From: Ferruginibacter sp.
Lineage (GTDB): Bacteria; Bacteroidota; Bacteroidia; Chitinophagales; Chitinophagaceae
DNA length: 64,000 nt
Direction: 5' to 3'
Assembly: GCA_019638525.1 (NCBI GenBank)
Contig: JAHBTO010000008.1
Location: forward strand, 21,535-85,534
The notes beneath the pieces were generated by a model. That model searched no databases. It saw only the letters and a program-made list of their open reading frames with translations, and was not told where the DNA came from. Made by a program: the position numbers and the translations under genes. Position 1 is the stretch's first letter; every line of letters begins with the position of its first letter. Positions 1 through 9,950 of the stretch are shown here, piece after piece.

Positions 1-742
1 TGCAAAACATCATCATTTTATAATGTTCTTCCATCAATCCAATCAATGCTTCAAAATTTTTTGCTGCGCTGCCTTCACGTATCAAAATCTTCATGCCATA
101 TTTTAATTTATCCAACGCTTCTTCTGCCGTAAAACATTCATGATCGGTACTAATGCCGGCATCAATATATTTTTTTGCATCGTTTCCCCTAAGGCCGGGG
201 GCATGTCCATCTACTGGCTTGTTGTATTTTTTTGCCGAAGCAATTTTTTTAAACACTTCTTCATCACCATTTAACACACCCGGAAAATTCATCATCTCAC
301 TCAGGTAATGTATTTCATCTTTTTGTAACAAAGCATCCACATCATCAGCATGTAATGCAGCGCCGGCTGTTTCAAACACAGTGGCAGGTACACAACTGGG
401 TGCGCCAAAATGAAATTTAAACGAAACTGTTTTTCCATTGGCAATCATAAATTCCACACCTTGCATGCCGCATACATTGGCAATTTCGTGGGGGTCGCTA
501 ATGGTGCCAACGGTGCCATGCACTACGGCAAGTTTTGCAAATTCGGATGGAACCAACATAGAACTTTCGATATGTACATGGCTATCAATAAATCCCGGAA
601 TGATATAAGGAGCATTTGCCTGCTGCCCGCCGGGCAAGTTTTTAATTGAAATGATTTTTCCATCCGAAACAGAAACCTCACCCCAAAATATTTTCCTGGC
701 CGGTATATCAACAATGTTTGCCTGTAATGTAAAACTGTTCAT
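1..742 (-). CDS. ade: adenine deaminase, N-terminal part (3' end off the window)
   Basis: Absent from the ORF track because it is open at the window edge. My minus-strand translation from the ATG at 742 reads [81 protein letters not shown]... This carries the amidohydrolase HxH metal motif and the [14 protein letters not shown] signature typical of adenine deaminases. Confidence 0.8.
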   Translation of the reverse strand, partial: MNSFTLQANIVDIPARKIFWGEVSVSDGKIISIKNLPGGQQANAPYIIPGFIDSHVHIESSMLVPSEFAKLAVVHGTVGTISDPHEIANVCGMQGVEFMIANGKTVSFKFHFGAPSCVPATVFETAGAALHADDVDALLQKDEIHYLSEMMNFPGVLNGDEEVFKKIASAKKYNKPVDGHAPGLRGNDAKKYIDAGISTDHECFTAEEALDKLKYGMKILIREGSAAKNFEALIGLMEEHYKMMMFC

Positions 743-843
743 CGTATAAAATTTTAAACGGAATATTTTACAAGATAAACGGAAAAACTAAATTAGGGTA
801 ACAGTAAAGTTTTATATTATATTTACGGCTTAAATAATTTAAC

Positions 844-1551
844 ATGAAAAATTTATTGGTATTTGCCATGATGGTAATGGCATTAGTGTTTGTACAATTT
901 GCACAGGCTCAAACTGTAGATGAAGTTATTGATAAACATATTACTGCTTTGGGCGGAAAAGAAAACCTTAACAAAATACAAAATGTTATTAGCGAGGGTA
1001 GCCTGAGTGTGCAGGGGATTGAGATTGGTGTTACTGTTACCCAGGTAAATAATAAACTTGCCCGCCAGGATATTTTTGTGAATGGTATGACAGGTTTTGA
1101 TATGCTTACTGACAAAGAAGGATGGACTTATATGCCTTTTAATGGCATGCAAAAACCCGAACCCAAAACGGCTGATGATGTAAAAGAAGGTTTGAGCGAT
1201 CTTGATATTGCCGGCCCTCTTGTTGACTATGCTGCAAAAGGAAACAAAGTAGAGCTATTGGGTAAGGAAGATGTTGATGGCACCGAATGTTATAAATTAA
1301 AAGTTACGCTTGCAAGCGGTAAAGATGAAACCTATTTTATAGACCCTACTACAAATATGATTATCCGAACAAAAAAAATGCAGAAAGCTAACGGGCAGGA
1401 AGTTGAAGTACAGTCTGATTTTTCGGATTACAGGGATGTAGAAGGCGTAAAGATGCCTTACAGTATTGGCCTGCCTTTTGGAACACTTTTAATATCGAGT
1501 ATAAAAGTTAACCAAACGATACCCGAAAGCGCCTATAAGCACGATATGTGA
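844..1551 (+). CDS. secreted hypothetical protein (possible LolA-like / outer-membrane lipoprotein-sorting fold)
   Basis: 235-aa ORF with a clear signal peptide (MKNLLVFAMMVMALVFVQFAQAQ). A strong hairpin terminator follows. The fold assignment is only a guess from composition. Confidence 0.65.
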   Translation: MKNLLVFAMMVMALVFVQFAQAQTVDEVIDKHITALGGKENLNKIQNVISEGSLSVQGIEIGVTVTQVNNKLARQDIFVNGMTGFDMLTDKEGWTYMPFNGMQKPEPKTADDVKEGLSDLDIAGPLVDYAAKGNKVELLGKEDVDGTECYKLKVTLASGKDETYFIDPTTNMIIRTKKMQKANGQEVEVQSDFSDYRDVEGVKMPYSIGLPFGTLLISSIKVNQTIPESAYKHDM

Positions 1552-1565
1552 TTTACTTACTAAGC

Positions 1566-1597
1566 AACCCGGTTCTAAAAAAACCGGGTTAATTTTA
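1566..1597 (+). terminator. rho-independent terminator
   Basis: AACCCGGTT (1566-1574) pairs perfectly with AACCGGGTT (1582-1590). A T-rich stretch (aattttat) follows. Confidence 0.6.
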
Positions 1598-1624
1598 TCA
1601 TAAGGTTTTAGCACTATTAAAAAC

Positions 1625-4600
1625 ATGTTTATGAAAAAGTTTTTTCCTATTGCTTGTTTGCTGTTTTTAACAAATACCACATCGGCACAAATTTCATCTG
1701 CCACATTTGGTATGATGGAAGCCCGGCATATAGGCCCGGCCACCATGGGTGGAAGGCTTACAGCCATTGAAGGTGTAAACAGCGAACCCCGTACCATTTA
1801 CATTGGTTCGGCAGGTGGTGGCGTATGGAAAACAACAAATGCCGGAGTAAGTTTTAAATCCATATTTGATAAATATTGCCAAAGTATCGGGGCATTGGCA
1901 ATCGATCAGCAAAACCCAAAAATAATTTTTGTTGGTACAGGCGAAAGCAATATGCGTAACAGTGTATCAATAGGCGACGGTTTGTACCGCTCAACTGATG
2001 AAGGCGAAAACTGGACTAAAATAAAAGGGCTCGATAGTACAGAACATATCAGCCGAATCATCATCGATCCTTTAAACTCAAAAAATATTTATGTAGCAGC
2101 ACCCGGCCCCTTGTGGAGCGATAGCAAACATCGTGGTTTATACAAATCAACCGATGGTGGAAATACATTTGAAAAAATACTTTACATCAATGAACAAACC
2201 GGTGTGGCTGACATTGCTGTAAACCCGGCAAATCCCTCCATTGTTTATGCAACCACCTGGCAGTTCAGGCGTACGCCTTATTCATTTAATTCGGGAGGTA
2301 AAGGAAGCGGCATTTATAAAAGTATCGATGGCGGAAAAACATGGAGAGAATTAAGCAAGGGATTACCACCCAAACCGTTTGGCCGTACTGCTATTGCTTT
2401 AGCGCCAAGTGCACCTGATAATTTACTTGCCATTGTAGAAGCGGAGAATACAGGTTTATATATTTCATCTGATGGCGGCGAAAACTGGAAACAGCAAAGT
2501 GCAACTGTGAATGTGGTTTCAAGGCCATTTTATTTTGCCTGCCTTGTTATAGATCCTAAAGATCCTAAAAGAGTTTACCGCCCCGGTTTTGGATTTAGTT
2601 ATAGCAGCGATGGCGGATATTCTTTTGCTGATGGCGGTGGCAATGTACATGCCGATCATCATGCACTTTGGATAAACCCCAATTATACCAACCAAATGTA
2701 CCTGGGCACCGATGGCGGATTGTATGTAAGCAATGACCGTGGCGCCAACTGGCTGATGCTTCCTATGTTGCCGGTATCGCAGTTTTATCATGTTACTTAC
2801 GATTTTAAACAACCCTACAATGTGTATGGCGGATTACAGGATAACCAAAGCTGGTATGCACCTACACAAAGCGCAGGCGGTATTGAAAACAACGATTGGA
2901 AAAATCTTGGCGGTGGCGATGGATTTTGGGTGCAGGTAGATGGGATAAACCCTGATATAGTTTATTCAGAATCGCAGGGCGGCGAAATAGTGCATAACGA
3001 TTTAAAACTTGGCAAGGCATACAGTATAAAACCTCAACAGGCATTAAATGATGAGAAACTTCGTTTTAACTGGAATACTCCAATCGTTATCGGGCAAAAA
3101 AACAAACGCAATCTTTACATTGCTTCGCAATATTTATATAAGTCGGTTGATGAAGGAAAGAACTGGATAAAAATTTCTCCCGACCTCACTACCAATAACA
3201 AGGATAAACAAAAGCAGGAAGAGTCAGGAGGGTTAAGTGCTGATGTAACTTCTGCCGAAAATCATTGTACCATTTTCACTATTGCCGAATCGCCTTTGGA
3301 TGAAAATCTTGTTTGGGCTGGCACCGATGACGGTAACCTGCAATATACAACCGATGGCGGAAAAAACTGGACCAATGTGGCTAAGAATTATACTGCAGCC
3401 GGTATTCCTGCACAAACATGGGTTAGCAGCATCGAGCCTTCAAGGTTCGACAGGAATGTTGTGTACGCAAGTTTTGATAACCACATGTATGGCGATCATA
3501 AAACCTACCTGGCAAAATCAATTGATATGGGTAAAACCTGGACATTGTTTAAAAGTGAAGAATTTACGGGCTTTGCACATAAGATAAAAGAAGATAACGT
3601 AAATAAAGACCTGCTTTTTGCCGGTACAGAGATGGGTTTGTTTGCTTCGCTTGATGGAGGCAGCAACTGGTTCCGCATGAAAAACAATATTCCCTGGATG
3701 GCATTGGTGAGAGATATTCAAATACATCCTGTTACCAACGATTTAATTTTGGCAACGCATGGCCGGGGCATCATCATTGTTGACAATATTACACCCATGC
3801 GTAACATGACTAAAGAAATGGCCGCAAAAGATGTGGTAGTCTTTAACTCAAAACCAATAAACATCACTATGGGTAAATATTATATTGGCTCGGGCAATGG
3901 TGATGGATATATAGGTACCAATTCATCGCAACAGGCGCCAATTGAATATTATTTTAAAGACAGGGTAAGCAGGGGCGAAGTAAAAGTGGAAATATATGAT
4001 AAGGATGGTAAGTTGGTGCAATCTATACCGGGTAGTAAACGCAAGGGCATCAATATAGTAAACTGGAACATGAGGGGCACACCACCCAAAGTAGCAAGTG
4101 GCGGTACTAAATTAGATGTAGGCGGTTTTATTGCACCCATGGTTTTGCCCGGCGAATACACCGTAAAATTAAAAGTTGCTGATAAGGTGTATGAAAACAA
4201 GTTAACCATGCAGCGTGACCCTGACAGTGATATGACGCTTGCCGATATGGAAGATCAATACAATACGGCTATGCAATTATACAACATGCACGTGCGGTTG
4301 GGTAAACTGGTTGACAGTATAAGTGCAAATCAAAAGATGCTGCAACAGGCTTTAGATAAATTAAAAAATAACAAAGTGAAGAAACTGGTGCAGGAGTACC
4401 ATGATAAACTGGAAGATTTACGCAGCAAATTATTAGCCACCAAACAAAAATCGCTTTTTGCCGATGAAAAAATGCTGCGGGAAGATATTTCCGATGTATA
4501 TGTGTCTGTATGTAACCAAGAAACCCGGCCATCAAACCTGCAAAAAGAAAGAACTGTTGTTTTGCTTAACCGTGTAGGCGATGCTGAAAAAGCAAATGCA

Positions 4601-4702
4601 TCCATCAACAAACAATACGAAGAAAAAGTAAAAGCACTTTTACTGAAAGAGAAAATTGATAAGATAGAAAACACCGAAATGAAAAAGAAAGAGAAACAAT
4701 AA
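1625..4702 (+). CDS. Asp-box (BNR) repeat beta-propeller protein, sortilin/VPS10- or GH74-like, with C-terminal coiled-coil region
   Basis: 1025-aa ORF with a signal peptide and about 10 SxDxGxTW-type Asp boxes (STDEGENWTKI, STDGGNTFEKI, SIDGGKTWREL, SSDGGENWKQQ, TTDGGKNWTNV, SLDGGSNWFRM...). The C-terminal tail is Lys/Glu-rich. Confidence 0.85.
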   Translation: MFMKKFFPIACLLFLTNTTSAQISSATFGMMEARHIGPATMGGRLTAIEGVNSEPRTIYIGSAGGGVWKTTNAGVSFKSIFDKYCQSIGALAIDQQNPKIIFVGTGESNMRNSVSIGDGLYRSTDEGENWTKIKGLDSTEHISRIIIDPLNSKNIYVAAPGPLWSDSKHRGLYKSTDGGNTFEKILYINEQTGVADIAVNPANPSIVYATTWQFRRTPYSFNSGGKGSGIYKSIDGGKTWRELSKGLPPKPFGRTAIALAPSAPDNLLAIVEAENTGLYISSDGGENWKQQSATVNVVSRPFYFACLVIDPKDPKRVYRPGFGFSYSSDGGYSFADGGGNVHADHHALWINPNYTNQMYLGTDGGLYVSNDRGANWLMLPMLPVSQFYHVTYDFKQPYNVYGGLQDNQSWYAPTQSAGGIENNDWKNLGGGDGFWVQVDGINPDIVYSESQGGEIVHNDLKLGKAYSIKPQQALNDEKLRFNWNTPIVIGQKNKRNLYIASQYLYKSVDEGKNWIKISPDLTTNNKDKQKQEESGGLSADVTSAENHCTIFTIAESPLDENLVWAGTDDGNLQYTTDGGKNWTNVAKNYTAAGIPAQTWVSSIEPSRFDRNVVYASFDNHMYGDHKTYLAKSIDMGKTWTLFKSEEFTGFAHKIKEDNVNKDLLFAGTEMGLFASLDGGSNWFRMKNNIPWMALVRDIQIHPVTNDLILATHGRGIIIVDNITPMRNMTKEMAAKDVVVFNSKPINITMGKYYIGSGNGDGYIGTNSSQQAPIEYYFKDRVSRGEVKVEIYDKDGKLVQSIPGSKRKGINIVNWNMRGTPPKVASGGTKLDVGGFIAPMVLPGEYTVKLKVADKVYENKLTMQRDPDSDMTLADMEDQYNTAMQLYNMHVRLGKLVDSISANQKMLQQALDKLKNNKVKKLVQEYHDKLEDLRSKLLATKQKSLFADEKMLREDISDVYVSVCNQETRPSNLQKERTVVLLNRVGDAEKANASINKQYEEKVKALLLKEKIDKIENTEMKKKEKQ

Positions 4703-4748
4703 ACTGTTCAGTATTTTAAAATGCTGATATAAGATATTATTTTAAGTG

Positions 4749-4797
4749 CAGGTAAAACCAGTTTTTAAATTGTTGGTTTTACCTGTTCTTTTTTTAT
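4749..4797 (+). terminator. rho-independent terminator
   Basis: CAGGTAAAACCA (4749-4760) pairs with TGGTTTTACCTG (4774-4785) as a 12-bp perfect stem. It is followed by ttcttttttt. Confidence 0.75.
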
Positions 4798-4865
4798 TGC
4801 CACTGATAATTTCTTACTTCACAGTTACCTGTTCATTTTGTAACTTACCTTCTTAATTGTTTATT

Positions 4866-7800
4866 ATGAAAAAAAGAATACTGCTTTTATGCATTGTTGC
4901 CATTGCTGCAGGTGCAACTGCCCAAAAAAAATCAACAGCAAATAATAATGAGGATGATGTTTTACTAAGCAAGGTTAAATATCGCTTGGTGGGGCCTTAC
5001 CGTGGTGGCCGTAGCGGCGCTGTTGCCGGCGACCTACATCAAAAAAATACTTTTTACATGGGCGCTACCGGTGGTGGTGTTTGGAAAACTATTGATGGCG
5101 GCAGCAACTGGAAAAATATATCCGATAAATATTTTGGTGGCAGCATTGGTTGCGTAGCAGTAGCACCAAGCGACCCTACTATATTATATGTGGGCGAAGG
5201 CGAAAACACATTGAGGGGAAATGTTAGCGAAGGCTTTGGCATCTGGCGTTCAGATGATGGTGGCCGTAGCTGGCGCCACCTCGGTTTAAAAGATACAAGG
5301 CATATCATCCGCATCATCATTCACCCTAAAAACCCCGATATAGTTTGGGTGGCGGCAATAGGCCACTTGTTTGGCCCCAATACCGAACGGGGAGTTTTTA
5401 AAACCACCGATGGCGGAAAAACATGGAAAAAAGTTTTGTATGTAAATGAAAAAACCGCTTGCAGCGATTTGGTGATGGAACCGGGCAACCCTTCGGTATT
5501 GTATGCAGGCACCTGGCGCATACAACGAACACCATATAGCCTGGAGAGTGGTGGCGATGGTGGCGGGTTGTGGAAGAGTGTGGATGGCGGCGAAACTTGG
5601 AAAAATATTTCAAGCGCAAAGGGATTGCCTAAAGGTATTTGGGGAATTGTAGGTGTGGCAGTAAGCGCTTCAAATACCGATAAGATTTATGCTTTAATTG
5701 AAAACCACGATGGCGGCATGTTTGTAAGCAACGATGGCGGCGATAGTTGGGCATTGCAAAGCAACAGCAACGATATAAGGCAGCGTGCATGGTACTATAC
5801 AAAAGTTTTTGTTGACCCCAAAAACGAAAATGTTGTTTATGTTTTGAATGTTGATTTTTTGAAAAGCACCGATGGCGGAAAAACATATAAAGGCATTAAT
5901 ACACCGCATGGCGATCACCACGATTTATGGATAGACCCCGAAAACGGCAACCGTATGATTGTGGCAGATGATGGCGGCGCACAAGTAAGTTTTGATGGCG
6001 GCGATAACTGGAGCACTTACGAAAATCAACCCACAGCACAGTTTTACAGGGTAAGTACCGATAATCATTTTCCTTATCGCATACTTGGTGCACAGCAGGA
6101 TAATTCAACCGTAAGAATTTTATCACGCAGCGATGGCGGGCAAATAACAACCGATGACTGGCAACCAACTGCAGGTTCCGAAAGTGGATACGTAGTAGCC
6201 GATCCATTAAATCCTGATATTGTGTATGGCGGCAATTACAGTGGTTATCTCTCAAGGCTCGATCATAAAACAGGAGAGAACCGTGCTGTAAGTGTTTGGC
6301 CCGATGACCCATTGGGTAGTGGCGCCGATGTGGCTAAATACCGATTTCAGTGGAACTTCCCTATTTTCTTTTCGCCTCACAATCCAAAAAGATTGTATGC
6401 TGCGGGCAATCATTTGTTTGTTACTGAAAACGAAGGTGCATCATGGACTGCATTGGGTGGCGATTTAACAACTAATGATAAATCACGGCAGGCTTCAAGC
6501 GGTGGGCCAATTACAAAAGACAATACCGGCGTAGAAGTGTATTGTACAATTTTTACAGCAGCAGAATCGGCATTGGAAAAAGATTTGTTATGGACCGGCA
6601 GCGATGATGGTTTGATACATTTAAGTAAAGACGGAGGTAAAAACTGGGAAAACGTTACCCCCAAAGAAGCGGGCCAATGGATGATGTGGAATTGTGTGGA
6701 GACTGATCCGTTTAAAAAAGGCAAAGCTTATTTTGTTGGTACAAAATATAAGAGCGACGATTTTACCCCTTATATTTTTAAAACAGAAGATTATGGTAAA
6801 ACATGGATAAAGATAACCAATGGTATTGCGCCCATGCATTTTACCCGTTGTTTAAGAGCCGACCGTAAAAGGCCCGGTCTTTTGTATTGCGGTACCGAGT
6901 ATGGCATGTACATCAGTTACGATGATGGCGCTAACTGGAAACCTTTTCAATTGAATTTACCCGTAGTGCCCATCACCGATTTAACCATCAAAGAAAATGA
7001 TTTAATTGTAGCTACGCAGGGCAGGGCTTTTTGGGTGATTGACGACCTTACGATGGTACAACAAAAAGATAATAGCATACTAAACAAAAACCTTTTTGTA
7101 TTTCCTGTTAATGATGCCTATCGTTATAACGGGTATCAAAATCCAAAACCTGTTAATGCCGGTATGAACCCGCCCAATGGCTCGGTTATAAATTATTACC
7201 TAAAAAGTTTTTCCGATTCGGCAAAGTTTAGCATTACCATAATGGATAAGAATAAAAAATTGATAAAAACTTTTAGTAACAAAGCAAAAGAAAAAGCAGA
7301 TAAGATAGATGATATAAGCAGCGGGATGAACCGTTTTGTTTGGAATATGTATTACCCGCCTGCCGAAAGATTAGACGGGCAAGTGTTATGGCATGGCAGT
7401 GTACCCGGCCCCAAAGCTGCACCGGGCCAGTATTATTATAAAATTGTAGTTGACAAAGATTCGGCTGAAGGAAGTTTTATTATTAAGGCAAACCCGGTGT
7501 ACAACCTTACGCAGCAGGATTATGATGCACAGTTAAATTTCCTGCTATCGGTAAGGGATAAATTTGATGAGATACAAAAAGCTGTAAAAAACATTCGTAA
7601 CATTCGCAAACAAATAAATGGGTTTATTGATTTACAAGGCAAAGATGTGCCTAAAGAAATAAAACAACAGGCCGATACCATCAATAAACAAATAACAACC
7701 ATTGAAGAAGCGCTGCACCAAACAAAAGCAAAAAGCAGCCAGGATGTTTTAAATTACCCGATACGGCTTGATGATAAGATTTCGGGCTTGTACGATTTTG

Positions 7801-7979
7801 CAGCAAGCGGCAATGCTGCGCCTGCCAAACAGGTAAAAGATGCTTTTGCCGAATTAGGCGGGCAGGCCGATGTGCAATTGAATAAACTAAAACAAATAAT
7901 TGGTGTGGAGTTGCCGAAGTTTAACGAATTGATTAGGCAGAAAGGATTACCGGTAATTGGAATAAAAAAAGATGATTAA
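4866..7979 (+). CDS. Asp-box (BNR) repeat beta-propeller protein, paralog of 1625-4702
   Basis: The ORF track starts at TTG 4857. The ATG at 4866 gives MKKRILLLCIVAIAAGATAQ, a signal peptide. It has the same repeated SxDGGxxW boxes (TIDGGSNWKNI, SDDGGRSWRHL, TTDGGKTWKKV, SVDGGETWKNI, STDGGKTYKGI, SKDGGKNWENV) and the same overall architecture as the upstream gene. Confidence 0.85.
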   Translation: MKKRILLLCIVAIAAGATAQKKSTANNNEDDVLLSKVKYRLVGPYRGGRSGAVAGDLHQKNTFYMGATGGGVWKTIDGGSNWKNISDKYFGGSIGCVAVAPSDPTILYVGEGENTLRGNVSEGFGIWRSDDGGRSWRHLGLKDTRHIIRIIIHPKNPDIVWVAAIGHLFGPNTERGVFKTTDGGKTWKKVLYVNEKTACSDLVMEPGNPSVLYAGTWRIQRTPYSLESGGDGGGLWKSVDGGETWKNISSAKGLPKGIWGIVGVAVSASNTDKIYALIENHDGGMFVSNDGGDSWALQSNSNDIRQRAWYYTKVFVDPKNENVVYVLNVDFLKSTDGGKTYKGINTPHGDHHDLWIDPENGNRMIVADDGGAQVSFDGGDNWSTYENQPTAQFYRVSTDNHFPYRILGAQQDNSTVRILSRSDGGQITTDDWQPTAGSESGYVVADPLNPDIVYGGNYSGYLSRLDHKTGENRAVSVWPDDPLGSGADVAKYRFQWNFPIFFSPHNPKRLYAAGNHLFVTENEGASWTALGGDLTTNDKSRQASSGGPITKDNTGVEVYCTIFTAAESALEKDLLWTGSDDGLIHLSKDGGKNWENVTPKEAGQWMMWNCVETDPFKKGKAYFVGTKYKSDDFTPYIFKTEDYGKTWIKITNGIAPMHFTRCLRADRKRPGLLYCGTEYGMYISYDDGANWKPFQLNLPVVPITDLTIKENDLIVATQGRAFWVIDDLTMVQQKDNSILNKNLFVFPVNDAYRYNGYQNPKPVNAGMNPPNGSVINYYLKSFSDSAKFSITIMDKNKKLIKTFSNKAKEKADKIDDISSGMNRFVWNMYYPPAERLDGQVLWHGSVPGPKAAPGQYYYKIVVDKDSAEGSFIIKANPVYNLTQQDYDAQLNFLLSVRDKFDEIQKAVKNIRNIRKQINGFIDLQGKDVPKEIKQQADTINKQITTIEEALHQTKAKSSQDVLNYPIRLDDKISGLYDFAASGNAAPAKQVKDAFAELGGQADVQLNKLKQIIGVELPKFNELIRQKGLPVIGIKKDD

Positions 7980-7995
7980 CGCCGCCATATTTATA

Positions 7996-8025
7996 GCAAC
8001 AGGTGCAGGCTACTGTACCTGTTGC
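7996..8025 (+). terminator. hairpin downstream of the second Asp-box gene (weak terminator candidate)
   Basis: GCAACAGGT (7996-8004) pairs with ACCTGTTGC (8017-8025) as a 9-bp stem. There is no convincing T-run. Confidence 0.35.
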
Positions 8026-8057
8026 CAGGTATTGATTGTTCCCTATATCTTTGCCGC

Positions 8058-8714
8058 ATGAATGTAAAAGCTTTCTCGTCTTCCTTTATAAATAAGTTCA
8101 TTTATTTAAAACGGGCATTTGGCAATAAGCCATTTCGCCTGCTTGATATTGGTGCAGGAAACCATTCGGCTACCAAGGCAAAAACTGTTTTTAAAAATTG
8201 TGAATACCACGGAGTTGATAGGGAGAAAGATTACAATAACACCGGCGACGACTTTAAACAGATGGATGCTTTTTATGAAATGGATTTAACCAGGCTCGAT
8301 TTTTCATCCATACCCAATAATTATTTTGATGCACTATTGATGGTACATGTTATTGAGCATTTATATAATGGCGATGAAGTGATAAAAAGCTTATTATCTA
8401 AACTTAAAAGCGGCAGTTATATTTACATTGAATACCCAGGCCAAAAAAGTACACGATTGCCAAGCATGCCCGGAACCCTTAATTTTAAAGATGATGATAC
8501 CCATGTAAGAGTGTACTCTGTAAAAGAATTATCTGCCTTGTTGGAAACAAACGGATGCAAGGTTTTAAAAGGAGGCGTACGCCGTAATATTTGGTTTATG
8601 ATGGCAATGCCATTTAAAATAATAAAATGCTGGGTTACAGGTAAAAAATTGCAAGGCAATATTTTTTGGGATGTGTTAGGCTTTGCAGAATATGTATGGG
8701 CACGGAAAAATTGA
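8058..8714 (+). CDS. class I SAM-dependent methyltransferase
   Basis: The ORF track starts at TTG 8022. The first ATG at 8058 gives MNVKAF... The glycine-rich SAM motif is LLDIGAGNHS, and a motif-II-like MVHVIEHL is present. Confidence 0.75.
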   Translation: MNVKAFSSSFINKFIYLKRAFGNKPFRLLDIGAGNHSATKAKTVFKNCEYHGVDREKDYNNTGDDFKQMDAFYEMDLTRLDFSSIPNNYFDALLMVHVIEHLYNGDEVIKSLLSKLKSGSYIYIEYPGQKSTRLPSMPGTLNFKDDDTHVRVYSVKELSALLETNGCKVLKGGVRRNIWFMMAMPFKIIKCWVTGKKLQGNIFWDVLGFAEYVWARKN

Positions 8715-8776
8715 TTGTCATTTAATATTTACGATTGTTTGTTTATTATTTTTTCTTTTAGGCATAAGATGGTAAT

Positions 8777-9451
8777 TTAATCAAGAATATCGGGCCTTCT
8801 TTCTTCTGTTCTTTTTATGGCCTGTTGCTGTCGCCATTCTTCTATCAGTTTATGATTGCCACTCATCAACACGTCAGGTACTTTCCACCCACGAAAAACT
8901 TCGGGCCTTGTATAAACCGGCGGCGCCAGTAAATTATCCTGGAACGAATCTGTTAGTGCCGAAGTTTCATCATTCAGTACGCCGGGTATCAGCCGGCCTA
9001 TTGCGTCAACCATTACGGCAGCGCCTAGTTCGCCACCGCTTAAAACATAATCGCCAATAGATATTTCTTTGGTTATAAAATGATCTCTAAATCTTTGATC
9101 AACTCCTTTGTAATGGCCGCAAATTAACAACAGGTTATTTTTTAATGATAACCTATTTGCCATTTGCTGGTTAAAAGTTTCTCCATCAGGTGTTAAAAAA
9201 ATAATCTCATCATAAGATGTTTCTTTCTGCAAACTTTCAATAGCATTCACCAAAGGTTCAATCATTATTACCATACCGGCGCCACCGCCAAATGCATAAT
9301 CATCTACCTGTGCACGAGCATACGTGGTGTAGTTACGCAAATTAATTACGTTTACCTGCAGCAAACCCTTATCGGCAGCCCTTTTCAATATAGAATGAGC
9401 AAATGGGCTATCTAAAAGCCCGGGAACCACAGTAAGTATATCAATTTTCAT
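8777..9451 (-). CDS. trmD: tRNA (guanine37-N1)-methyltransferase
   Basis: 224 aa. MKIDILTVVPGLLDSPF..SILKRA and GHYKGVDQRF..ISIGDYVLSGGELGAAVMVDAIGRLIPGVL are hallmark TrmD segments. Confidence 0.95.
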   Translation of the reverse strand: MKIDILTVVPGLLDSPFAHSILKRAADKGLLQVNVINLRNYTTYARAQVDDYAFGGGAGMVIMIEPLVNAIESLQKETSYDEIIFLTPDGETFNQQMANRLSLKNNLLLICGHYKGVDQRFRDHFITKEISIGDYVLSGGELGAAVMVDAIGRLIPGVLNDETSALTDSFQDNLLAPPVYTRPEVFRGWKVPDVLMSGNHKLIEEWRQQQAIKRTEERRPDILD

Positions 9452-9483
9452 TTGTGTAAAGAAAAGTCTGTTACAATATGTTT

Positions 9484-9867
9484 TTAAAAATTCATAAAAT
9501 CTTCCAGGTTGCGTTTGTCTTTTTTAGTTGGCCTTCCTTTTTTACTCAACCGTTTACCGGTATGAAAAACAGCCGCCTGGAATTGGATACGGTTTAACTC
9601 TTCAGCAGGAGTAATGTCTTCATAAAACTTTATTGCCTCGCTATATTGCATTCTTTTATATAATAGAGCTGTTACTTTTATCACCCATCGCTTAGCTTCT
9701 GTCTTCACTTCATATTCATCAGCAATATGAACAGTTTTTGATGCTTTGACAATACTGCCATTAAATTTCACTTTGCCTTTATCACAGGCATCGGCTGCCT
9801 GGCTTCTTGTTTTAAATAAACGAATAGCCCATAAATATTTATCGAGCCGTAGTTTTTCCATTTCCAT
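9484..9867 (-). CDS. S4-domain RNA-binding protein (Hsp15/HslR-like)
   Basis: LRLDKYLWAIRLFKTRSQAADACDKGKVKFNG is an S4 alpha-L motif. The protein is small (127 aa) with a basic C-terminus. Confidence 0.85.
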   Translation of the reverse strand: MEMEKLRLDKYLWAIRLFKTRSQAADACDKGKVKFNGSIVKASKTVHIADEYEVKTEAKRWVIKVTALLYKRMQYSEAIKFYEDITPAEELNRIQFQAAVFHTGKRLSKKGRPTKKDKRNLEDFMNF

Positions 9868-9950
9868 GGTACAAAAATAAATGCTTTTACATCAATGGCA
9901 GGTAAAGCTTGCAGTAATTTCGTATTTTTAAAATCCTAAAACAGATAATA

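Noticed and set aside
5896-6312. 138-aa minus-strand ORF (and many 60-120-aa ORFs) within the Asp-box protein genes
   Set aside because: All are embedded antisense or out of frame in 1000-aa CDS with strong repeat motifs. None has independent coding signals.
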